A stretch of 64,000 nucleotides of DNA from Ilumatobacteraceae bacterium (GTDB lineage Bacteria > Actinomycetota > Acidimicrobiia > Acidimicrobiales > Ilumatobacteraceae): NCBI GenBank assembly GCA_963715825.1, contig CAVQSI010000017.1, positions 18,035 to 82,034 on the forward strand, written 5' to 3'. Under the pieces are notes generated by a model, which was given only the letters and a program-made list of their open reading frames with translations, made no database searches and was not told the DNA's origin. The translations under genes and the position numbers were made by a program. The number at the start of each line of letters is the position of its first letter. The stretch's first letter is position 1. Shown piece after piece: positions 18,200-25,098 of the stretch.

Positions 18200-18901
18200 T
18201 CATCGCAGACGGGCGAGCGCCTGCTCGGCCGCGCGCTCGACCGCAGTGAGATAGCTGTCCACGCTCGTGGTCGGAAGCACCCTGCCGAAGCCGAGCAGCA
18301 GGGAACGCCGCACATCATCGGGGTCCCGCCCCTGCCCCTCACACGCTCGTGCGAACGCATCGATCTGATGAGTGATGAGCTGCCAGAACTCGTTGGCTTC
18401 GAGCTGGGCGGCCGCCGGCCCACCGTAGGTGTTCCACGTGTCGGCGTACGCCGCGGCGGGTACGAGTGATCTCGGGCTGTGACCGGCGAGAAGCAGCTCA
18501 GGGGCCATTGCGCCGTCCCGCATCGCCGCCGTGTCCAACCCTCCGAACGACATCGTGTCACCCCGCCAATCGGTCGCACCGTCCACCGCGGCGAGGTAGC
18601 CGCGGACGACATCGACGAATCGAGTGGACATCTCACCGAGCGAACCAGAAGCACCTCGGTCAGCCACCGCACACAGCGGCGAGCCCATGCCAAGTCCGAG
18701 CACGAGGCGGCCGCCACTGATGTCCTGCGTCGTCATCGCGATCCGGGCGAGCGGCACCGGGGTGCGAAACGCCGACGAAGCGACCAGCGTGCCCAGGCCC
18801 CCATCGGCCAGATCCGAACGGGAAACCAACCGAGCGCCCAGCTGAGCGATACGGCGCACATCGCCGAGGGCAACGGTGGCCCCGATCGGGTCGGTTGCCA
18901 A
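18200..18901 (-). CDS. LLM-class oxidoreductase, apparently N-terminally truncated (possible gene remnant)
   Basis: LGTLVASSAFRTPVPLARIAMTTQDISGGRLVLGLGMG is the central LLM motif. Only about 45 aa precede it. The only start is a TTG, with an in-frame TGA two codons upstream. The divergent methyltransferase gene begins 60 nt away, leaving no room for the normal N-terminus. Confidence 0.55.
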   Translation of the reverse strand: MATDPIGATVALGDVRRIAQLGARLVSRSDLADGGLGTLVASSAFRTPVPLARIAMTTQDISGGRLVLGLGMGSPLCAVADRGASGSLGEMSTRFVDVVRGYLAAVDGATDWRGDTMSFGGLDTAAMRDGAMAPELLLAGHSPRSLVPAAAYADTWNTYGGPAAAQLEANEFWQLITHQIDAFARACEGQGRDPDDVRRSLLLGFGRVLPTTSVDSYLTAVERAAEQALARLR

Positions 18902-18961
18902 TCGTCACCTTGGTCGTGTTTGCTTGCCGTACCGGCTGAGTCACGGTGCTAGACCGGACGG

Positions 18962-19762
18962 GTGAGCAGAGACTATTCCGGATACGTCGACCCCGACTAC
19001 CTCGATCTTGCGGCGCGTCTGCTGTTGCCGTCGAAGCTTCGGACCTACGAGCTGATGGAGCTGCAAGAAGGCCACCGTGTGCTCGACCTCGGATGCGGGC
19101 CCGCGTCGGACACCATCGCGCTCGCCGGCATGGTCGGCGAGACGGGCCGTGTCGTCGGGGTCGACGCCGACGACGAGATGGTCCACGAGGCGAACGAACG
19201 GGCGAATGCAGCCGAACTCGCCGGGAGGGTGACGCATGAGCAGGCCGATGCTGCATCCTTGCCCTTCGACGACGACTCCTTCGACTCGTGCCGGAGCGAG
19301 CGGGTCTTCCAGCATCTGCCCGATCCCGCGGCCGCCCTTGCCGAGCTGATTCGCGTCACCCGTCCCGGCGGTCGCATCGTCGTGCTCGACACCGACTACG
19401 GATCGGTCAGCATCGCGTCCGAGTTCCCGGAGATCGAACGTCGACTCGTCGAACAGTACTGCTCGATGATGAATGGCCCGTTCGTCGCACGACTGCTCTC
19501 TCGTATGTTCAGCGGCGCACACCTCGACGACGTCTCGGTCGAGCCTGCACCGTTCATCATCGAGAACATGGGCGTGTTCTCCACCGTGTTTGTGCTCGAC
19601 CGAGGGCTGCGTGAGGCGGAGGAGACTGGTCGGCTGAGTAGGGACGAGGCACGCATCTTCCGCACCGACCTCGAGCGGTCAGCAGAGTTCGGCGGGTTCC
19701 TCGCCTCCGCCAACCAGCTGCTGGTGTCCGGGCGAAAGCCGCTGGCCGCAGCGACGAGCTGA
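18962..19762 (+). CDS. class I SAM-dependent methyltransferase
   Basis: Motif I VLDLGCGPASD, then VVGVDADDEMV and PFDDDSFDSCRSERVFQH (Methyltransf_11-like). GTG start. Confidence 0.85.
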   Translation: MSRDYSGYVDPDYLDLAARLLLPSKLRTYELMELQEGHRVLDLGCGPASDTIALAGMVGETGRVVGVDADDEMVHEANERANAAELAGRVTHEQADAASLPFDDDSFDSCRSERVFQHLPDPAAALAELIRVTRPGGRIVVLDTDYGSVSIASEFPEIERRLVEQYCSMMNGPFVARLLSRMFSGAHLDDVSVEPAPFIIENMGVFSTVFVLDRGLREAEETGRLSRDEARIFRTDLERSAEFGGFLASANQLLVSGRKPLAAATS

Positions 19763-19800
19763 TCGACGAACGCGACCGTTTCGCATGGGTAGAGGCGGGA

Positions 19801-20550
19801 TCAGAGGTGGAGCGAGCCCGGCGCCGCCCACATCTCGAACGTGGCAACGTCCCGATAGCCCATCCGTCGATACAACTCGTGGGCCATCGGGGTCGAATGG
19901 AGCACGGTCCGCTCGATGCCCGCGGCTCGTGCGTTGGCGAGAGCCGTCGCACACAGATGCGTTGCCAGACCCTTCCCGCGGCCATCTTCGGTGGCCGCCA
20001 CGCCGTAGATGCCTGCGACGCCGTCGGCCACATGCATGACCGCCTTCGACGTCGGTGTCCCGTCGACCAACGCGACCAGCCCACCCGTGCCGTGACGGAG
20101 CCCTGCCCGGTAGACATCGCGCAGGTACGGGCTCGATTCGTCGGAGAGTCCGTAGCGCCATGACACCAGGTCGAGCCAGATGTGTTCACTGCTCTCGTCG
20201 AACTCGATGATCTCGATGTCGTCACGTGGCGCCGGCGGATCGATCGCTGCGATGTCCGCACACATCCCGAAGAGTTCTTCGGCGCAGACCAAACCGAGTT
20301 CGGTGAGGACGTCTCGAATTCTCGGATCGGTCGTGGGATGCACGACCCAAACAGGGGTCACGCCCCGATCGACCATCGGTGAGAGGAGCTCTGCGGCCTG
20401 CTGGCGAAGCGGCCGGTCCCCTTCGTCGTAGAAGCGCAGCACAGCGTTGTACGGCGGCTGTGGAACCGGAGCCTCGGTCACGAGGCGGGTCCCTGTGTCC
20501 ACGAGTCGGCCACCGGCGCCGCACCCCATGATCGAGAACACGCTCCACAT
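19801..20550 (-). CDS. GNAT-family N-acetyltransferase
   Basis: The C-terminal acetyl-CoA motif region is GIYGVAATEDGRGKGLATHLCATALANARAAG. Start is set at Met22 to avoid a 35-nt overlap with the upstream gene; 20613 is also possible. Confidence 0.75.
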   Translation of the reverse strand: MWSVFSIMGCGAGGRLVDTGTRLVTEAPVPQPPYNAVLRFYDEGDRPLRQQAAELLSPMVDRGVTPVWVVHPTTDPRIRDVLTELGLVCAEELFGMCADIAAIDPPAPRDDIEIIEFDESSEHIWLDLVSWRYGLSDESSPYLRDVYRAGLRHGTGGLVALVDGTPTSKAVMHVADGVAGIYGVAATEDGRGKGLATHLCATALANARAAGIERTVLHSTPMAHELYRRMGYRDVATFEMWAAPGSLHL

Positions 20551-20578
20551 GTTCCGCTCGAGTGGCGTCCCTTCGTGC

Positions 20579-21256
20579 TCAGCCGAGAATGTTGACGGCG
20601 TTCGCGATGACAAGGGTCAACAGCACCAGCGAGATGATCGCCTGCGCGGCCATCAGCATCTTGGTCCACCGTCGCATCGGCATCACGTCCGTCGGGCTGA
20701 ACGCAGTGGCGTTCGTGAATGCCAGATACAGATAGTCGACGATCGTCGGTTGCCAGCCAGGCACGGCGAGTTCGGGGCTGAGATCCTCCGGAAACGCCAG
20801 TTCAGGATGTTCCCGACCGGAATGCAGACGTCCTGCAGGTCCGCCTCCGTCGAGTTGCCAGTAGAGCAGCGCGAAGGCCAGAGTGACATCGATCAACACC
20901 AGCGCTCCTGTCACGAGCAGCGTCGTGGCGTTCTGGAGATCGGGTGCGCCATCGACGAGCTCGATCACCAGCGCAGCGGCAGCGGCGGCTGCAAGGACTG
21001 CGAGCACCACCGTCAGGGCGATCGAGAGGCCACGGGCAAGCGCAGTACGCCGATCGATACGACCGGGGTCCGCCGCCCCGACGGCGACGAGCAGGCCGAT
21101 GGCGAGGATCCCGCCCACCCACGCCACCGCCGTCGGAAGCACATCGGCCGGCAGCAGGAACGGCAACGCGATCAGCGCCGTCGCGACCAGTGCGGGGATC
21201 GTCCGCCGCTCGCCTCGAACCTCGATCGTGTCGGCGTCCTTCACCATCGCCACCAT
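20579..21256 (-). CDS. DUF1345 membrane protein
   Basis: LLYWQLDGGGP...FPEDL...VDYLYLAFTNATAFSPTDVMPMRRWTKMLMAAQAIISLVLLTLVIA is typical of DUF1345. Confidence 0.75.
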   Translation of the reverse strand: MVAMVKDADTIEVRGERRTIPALVATALIALPFLLPADVLPTAVAWVGGILAIGLLVAVGAADPGRIDRRTALARGLSIALTVVLAVLAAAAAAALVIELVDGAPDLQNATTLLVTGALVLIDVTLAFALLYWQLDGGGPAGRLHSGREHPELAFPEDLSPELAVPGWQPTIVDYLYLAFTNATAFSPTDVMPMRRWTKMLMAAQAIISLVLLTLVIANAVNILG

Positions 21257-21361
21257 GATCGCACCTCGAACCGGGCGACACCATGATGCACCATTTCCAT
21301 ACTCGACCCGAAAAGGCCGTCGACCAGGGCCGGAGCACTGGGTCGACTGGATCCTTCGTTG

Positions 21362-21426
21362 GTGTCGACGGACCGGTCGGCAGGTTCACCTACGGGTCGC
21401 TGGCGCCTCCCAGCGAACTCGTGAAG
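21362..21426. repeat. copy B of the 65-nt tRNA-proximal repeat family
   Basis: Ungapped alignment with 24590..24654 gives 52/65 identical positions. It starts with gtgtcg, and tggtgtcg at 21360..21367 equals the tRNA-Leu 3' end at 24702..24709. It overlaps the last codons of the RelE/ParE-like gene. Confidence 0.8.
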
Positions 21427-21830
21427 AGTGCATCGACCCCAGCCGGCCGCTTTCGGGTCGCTCTTTGGCCATCCGCCCACTCCGTTGCCTTCGGGTGGCC
21501 AACGCTGGCGTCTGTCATCCACACGGTTTGGCGGTCATCGTCGACGCGGTACCAGATCCGCCCACCCGCAGTTACCTCGTATTGCCACTGCTCCAACTCG
21601 ACGCCGTTGACGGCACGTTCGCCCGGCGAGCCCCGGAGACGATGCTGCCTTGTGTCCGTGTGCCGCGGCTCACTCGTGATTCGCTCCCAAGCGGTGCGGG
21701 CGTTGGACGCAGCCGCCGAGCAGATCTGCTCCCACCCCTTCACAGCGATTATCGCTCGGCTCTGCCGGGCACCGACTGCCCGTCGATGGTGACCGATCGT
21801 GAGGTCCGGCGGCCGATCCCGGCGCGCCAC
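21390..21830 (-). CDS. RelE/ParE-superfamily-like toxin candidate (family assignment tentative)
   Basis: RQHRLRGSPGERAVNGVELEQWQYEVTAGGRIWYRVDDDRQTVWMTDASVGHPKATE has the strand pattern of RelE/ParE toxins (..W.YEV..GGRIWY.VDD....V....GHPK). Start is set at GTG 21830 by length analogy with the paralogue and to avoid overlapping the amidohydrolase gene. No antitoxin ORF lies upstream. Confidence 0.5.
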   Translation of the reverse strand: MARRDRPPDLTIGHHRRAVGARQSRAIIAVKGWEQICSAAASNARTAWERITSEPRHTDTRQHRLRGSPGERAVNGVELEQWQYEVTAGGRIWYRVDDDRQTVWMTDASVGHPKATEWADGQRATRKRPAGVDALFTSSLGGASDP

Positions 21831-21837
21831 CGCCGAG

Positions 21838-23058
21838 TCATTTGCGGCGGATACCGAGCTGCCAGACGCCGGTGACACGGTCGGGGTCGCCCCAGACGCT
21901 GCGGTCGTCGAGGGGGCTGGCGTCCATCGTGATGACGTCGGCGTCGAAACCTGGCTGGAGCTGACCCGAGCGCGGCGCCTGCGGGCCGAGCGTCTCGGGG
22001 CCGTTCGCCGTTGCTGCCTCGATCGCCTCGAGATCGGTCATGCCAGCGTTGATGAGGTGCATCACCTCGAGCGTGCCGGTGCCGTACATCTGACCCGACA
22101 CGAAGATGTCGCAGCCGGTCGCGATCTTGACGCCCTTCGCGATGGCGATCTTCATCGCCTGTTCGTGCACGCCGCTGACCATCTGGCCCTTCTCATAGAC
22201 GTATCGGGGCAGATTCTCCGACTGCTGGAGCATCGCCTCGTTCACGTAGCGCGTCGGAACCAGCCAGGTGCCCTGTTCGACCATCAGGTCGGCCGCCTCC
22301 TCGTCCAGAAAGCTGCCGTGCTCGACCGAGTGCACACCGGCACGCAGCGCCGCCATGATTCCAGCCTTGCCGTGGCAGTGAGCGGCGACGATGCGCTCGG
22401 CGCGTGCGGCTTCGGCGACGATCGCCGACAGTTCCTCGTCGGAGAATTGCTGGTGCATCGGGTGGTCGATCTCCGACATGACGCCGCCCGATGCGCAGAC
22501 CTTGATGAGCTTGGCGTTGGCGCGCAGGTTGGTGCGCACCGCCTTGAGCACCTCGGGCACGCCGTCGCACAGAATGCTGAACCCGGTGTTGCAGGTGAGC
22601 TCGTGGGCGAAGTCGAGCGGCAGCGAGTGAATGTCGCCGTGCCCGCCCGTGGTCGACAGGATACGCCCGGCGCCGTAGATGTGGGGGCCGCGCATCCGCC
22701 CTTCGGCGACGACCGGGGCCAGGCGCAGGCCGATCCCACCGACGTCGCGCACGCTGGTGATGCCGCCGTCGAGCACCTTGCCCGCATCTTCGACCGCCCG
22801 CGCCGCCGACCCGACGAGGTCGACCGTCGCGAACGCCTCGAGATTCGACGTGGCCATGCCGATGAAGTGCGTGTGGCAGTCCCACAGGCCCGGCATCACG
22901 ACCGGTGCCTCCACGGTGATGTCGTCGAGTGCCGCCGCGGGCGCTCCGGCGGTCGGGCCGGCGTAGTCGATCGACCCGGAATCCATGACCACCGTGCCGT
23001 GCTCGATCGGCTCACCGCGACCGGGAATCAGGACGTCAGCGACGATGCGAGTTGCCAT
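21838..23058 (-). CDS. amidohydrolase-family metal-dependent hydrolase
   Basis: Starts MATRIVADVLIPGRGEP. Has a metal-binding HTH motif (PGLWDCHTHF), plus AHCHG, VHSVEHGSF and ATGCDIF. Met79 of the track ORF removes an implausible leader. Confidence 0.85.
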   Translation of the reverse strand: MATRIVADVLIPGRGEPIEHGTVVMDSGSIDYAGPTAGAPAAALDDITVEAPVVMPGLWDCHTHFIGMATSNLEAFATVDLVGSAARAVEDAGKVLDGGITSVRDVGGIGLRLAPVVAEGRMRGPHIYGAGRILSTTGGHGDIHSLPLDFAHELTCNTGFSILCDGVPEVLKAVRTNLRANAKLIKVCASGGVMSEIDHPMHQQFSDEELSAIVAEAARAERIVAAHCHGKAGIMAALRAGVHSVEHGSFLDEEAADLMVEQGTWLVPTRYVNEAMLQQSENLPRYVYEKGQMVSGVHEQAMKIAIAKGVKIATGCDIFVSGQMYGTGTLEVMHLINAGMTDLEAIEAATANGPETLGPQAPRSGQLQPGFDADVITMDASPLDDRSVWGDPDRVTGVWQLGIRRK

Positions 23059-23393
23059 GGCGGCCACGATACGCCCCCGCCCGGATCGCCCCAGCGTCGG
23101 CGGTAGGGCGCTCGACGACGCACTCATCAACAAGCTCACGTGGAAGATCCCGAACGCGTCCGCGCTGGTCGAGTCCGCCAGCCGGCCGACCAGTCCGTCG
23201 ACGTGATGAACTCGAATTGCGTGCTCAACCTGGGGCCCGACAAGACACCCGTGTTTGCGACCGACGACGAGATCAGCACGGAGCGTGGCCACCGGAGACT
23301 CCGCTCCGGCTACGGCCGATTCGCAATCGAGAGCTTCGGGCGCAGGCGCCTCGACGCGCCCGGTTCACTCCGAGGAAGACCCCGAAATTTCGA

Positions 23394-23417
23394 GCTGCTG
23401 ACAAACCGCGGACAAAC
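23394..23417. repeat. direct repeat flanking vapBC (distal copy)
   Basis: gctgctgacaaaccgcggacaaac matches 24344..24367 (gctgctgacgaatcgcggacaaac) at 22 of 24 positions in the same orientation. It contains an internal tandem gacRaaYcgc / gacaaacSg. Confidence 0.6.
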
Positions 23418-23481
23418 CGCCGATTTGGGTGGTTCGCACCGGTCCGAAAAAGCCAACAACCAGGGCCATTGCCCTAGTTGT

Positions 23482-23495
23482 CTGGTGTCGGAGGG
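23482..23495. repeat. exact 14-nt copy of the tRNA-Leu 3' end (att-like)
   Basis: ctggtgtcggaggg is identical to 24701..24714 (tRNA acceptor 3' strand + CCA + 1 nt) in the same orientation, 1.2 kb downstream of the tRNA. It is followed by a small hairpin (gatg-agttgcac-catc). On the tRNA strand the loop of that hairpin reads GTGCAACT, which resembles a T-loop. Confidence 0.65.
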
Positions 23496-23629
23496 ATGAG
23501 TTGCACCATCACCCCACGGGGCGAGTGAGCGGTTCGCGGAAGGATGCCGGGTCTTGCCCGCCGAAACACAGCGATGCTTGCCAGCAACGTGTGAGATTCC
23601 CAGGCGACTGCGACCTACCGTCCCGACAG

Positions 23630-24040
23630 TCAGCGGAGTTCCAGTCGTTCCAGCGGCTGTCCAGTCAGCGAAGCAATCAGTTCGAAGTCGTTGTCGAGAT
23701 GGAGCACGGTGAGTTCGGCGAGCTCCGCCGTCGCCGCGACCAGCAGGTCCGCAATCGACGGTGCTCGGTGTTGCCCGCGGTCGGCGAGCGCCGACTGGAC
23801 CGCAACGGCCCGGTCCTCGATGAGCGGCGTGAGGTATTCGACCGGCATCGAGGCGATCGGAGGCTCGGCAAAGAGTACTTGGTGATCGCGACCGGATCGG
23901 GCGGAGAAGCCGACCTCGAGACGCGTCACGGTGCTGATGCGGACGAGTCCCCGCTCGATCCGCTCTGCCCACGTCGCTGCCTCGGCTGTGAGATGGAGCC
24001 GGCCGATCGCCGACTTGTCGATCAGCCAGATCGTCGTCAC
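23630..24040 (-). CDS. vapC: type II toxin VapC (PIN-domain ribonuclease)
   Basis: Has the PIN acidic residues in WLIDKS..., ...TRLEV..., IADLLVAA and LHLDNDFE. Its GTG start overlaps the vapB stop (GTGA at 24037-24040). Confidence 0.85.
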   Translation of the reverse strand: MTTIWLIDKSAIGRLHLTAEAATWAERIERGLVRISTVTRLEVGFSARSGRDHQVLFAEPPIASMPVEYLTPLIEDRAVAVQSALADRGQHRAPSIADLLVAATAELAELTVLHLDNDFELIASLTGQPLERLELR

Positions 24041-24258
24041 GACCAGGCGTCGGACATGACGTCAGGATCGTCGAGATCCGCAGTCAGCGACGCCAACCGC
24101 TCCAGTGTGTCGAGCGTGACCGGACCCGATGATTCGGACCGTTCGCGTTCGAGTGCCCTGCGGAGATACGCGGTTCGAGACAGGCCGAGACGCTTGGCCT
24201 TGACGTCGATGGCGACCAGGACGTCGTCGGGCACATCTCGAATCAGGATGTCGGTCAC
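24037..24258 (-). CDS. vapB: type II antitoxin VapB (ribbon-helix-helix/Arc-like)
   Basis: 73 aa: [42 protein letters not shown] 24258 is preceded by AAGGAGG at 5 nt. The longer track ORF (to 24582) is an Arg/Cys-rich leader and was discarded. Confidence 0.8.
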   Translation of the reverse strand: MTDILIRDVPDDVLVAIDVKAKRLGLSRTAYLRRALERERSESSGPVTLDTLERLASLTADLDDPDVMSDAWS

Positions 24259-24273
24259 GTCGCCCTCCTTGTA

Positions 24274-24289
24274 GATATCGCACGATATC
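24274..24289. promoter_or_regulatory. perfect palindrome GATATCG-CA-CGATATC upstream of vapB (candidate operator)
   Basis: 7-bp inverted repeat with a 2-nt spacer, 16 nt upstream of the vapB start, in a locally AT-richer stretch. VapB-type antitoxins normally autoregulate through such palindromes. Confidence 0.45.
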
Positions 24290-24343
24290 ACCCAGGATCG
24301 GCACCTACCAGAGTCACCGATGGTTGCCGGCACGCTCGAGAAT

Positions 24344-24367
24344 GCTGCTGACGAATCGCGGACAAAC
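24344..24367. repeat. direct repeat flanking vapBC (tRNA-proximal copy)
   Basis: See 23394..23417. Lies about 85 nt upstream of vapB. Confidence 0.6.
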
Positions 24368-24589
24368 GGGTCGTCGATGGACTTCGTTCGCTCGTGAAAA
24401 CGAGCGATGACGAGGCGACAATCGCAGAGACGTTGGGCTGGTTGGAGCGCGAGGCGTGCTTCGTGCAGCGGAGAACGAACAAGCCTGCCGAGCGAGCACG
24501 CTTCTACGACGCAGTCGGCATCAGCGGGACCTACGAACCGCAGGTCAACCGCTTGATCCTGACCACACACCCTGTTGCGCACATGGTCC

Positions 24590-24654
24590 GTGTCGGAGGA
24601 CCGGTCGACAGGGTCACGTACCGGTCATTGGCGCCTCACGGCGTTCTCGTGAAC
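24590..24654. repeat. copy A of the 65-nt tRNA-proximal repeat family
   Basis: 80% identical to 21362..21426. It begins with gtgtcggagg, which equals the tRNA 3' end at 24704..24713. Its last 13 nt form the left arm of the hairpin at 24642..24692. Confidence 0.8.
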
Positions 24655-24692
24655 TCGTTGCGCACAGAGACCGCAACTCGTTCACGAGAACG
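24642..24692 (-). terminator. long hairpin immediately 3' of tRNA-Leu (terminator or processing structure)
   Basis: 21-nt arms: cgttctcgtgaactcgttgcg / cgcaactcgttcacgagaacg. That gives 19 bp plus a central 2-nt mismatch, with the 9-nt loop cacagagac. It starts 10 nt after the tRNA CCA. No U-tract follows, so an intrinsic-terminator role is only inferred. Confidence 0.4.
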
Positions 24693-24701
24693 GGGAACGA
24701 C

Positions 24702-24790
24702 TGGTGTCGGAGGGGGGACTTGAACCCCCACGCCCATTAGTAGGGCACTAGCACCTCAAGCTAGCGCGTCTGCCATTCCGCCACTCCGAC
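24702..24790 (-). tRNA. tRNA-Leu (anticodon GAG), CCA encoded
   Basis: The reverse complement reads GTCGGAGTGGCGGAATGGCAGACGCGCTAGCTTGAGGTGCTAGTGCCCTACTAATGGGCGTGGGGGTTCAAGTCCCCCCTCCGACACCA. It has a 7-bp acceptor stem GTCGGAG/CTCCGAC, anticodon arm CTAGC-TTGAGGT-GCTAG, a long variable arm, and T arm GGGGG-TTCAAGT-CCCCC. Confidence 0.92.
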
Positions 24791-25075
24791 GTGGTTGTGG
24801 GTCCGTGACTGTATCTGCCCGTCGACGCGTCTCCACGCACACGGCGGACTCAGCTGTACAGGAAAGGGGAGCGCAAGGACTGTGAAAATCCAGACCAGAG
24901 CGAAGACGAACGTGATGCGGTTGAGGTTCCGTTCCGCAGCGGACGAACCGAGCGCTGCACCACCGCCGCCACCGAACATGTCGGACAGGCCGCCGCCGCG
25001 GCCGCTGTGCATCAAGATGCCAGCGATCAGGGCGCCCATCGCGACCACGTTGATCACGAGGGTGATGTAGAGCAT
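24761..25075 (-). CDS. secG: preprotein translocase subunit SecG (with unusual C-terminal tail)
   Basis: MLYITLVINVVAMGALIAGILMHSGRGGGLSDMFGGGGGAALGSSAAERNLNRITFVFALVWIFTVLAL has the SecG two-TM layout with a Gly-rich loop. The frame has no stop until a TAG inside the tRNA gene (24761-24763). Confidence 0.8.
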   Translation of the reverse strand: MLYITLVINVVAMGALIAGILMHSGRGGGLSDMFGGGGGAALGSSAAERNLNRITFVFALVWIFTVLALPFPVQLSPPCAWRRVDGQIQSRTHNHVGVAEWQTR

Positions 25076-25098
25076 GACGTCGCGCACGGTCGACAAGC

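Noticed and set aside
23140-23499. 119-aa plus-strand ORF, and overlapping ORFs 23052..23477 (+) and 23310..23972 (-), in the gap between the amidohydrolase gene and vapC
   Set aside because: There are no motifs or start context, and the composition is Arg-rich. The ORFs cross the 24-nt direct repeat and the tRNA-end copy. The region is better explained as non-coding junction DNA.
24394-24723. 109-aa plus-strand ORF between vapB and the tRNA
   Set aside because: Its 3' third is translated from the 65-nt repeat, the long hairpin and the tRNA gene (antisense). No family or RBS was recognised. The 5' part has weaker GC3 bias and could at most be a relic of a foreign gene.
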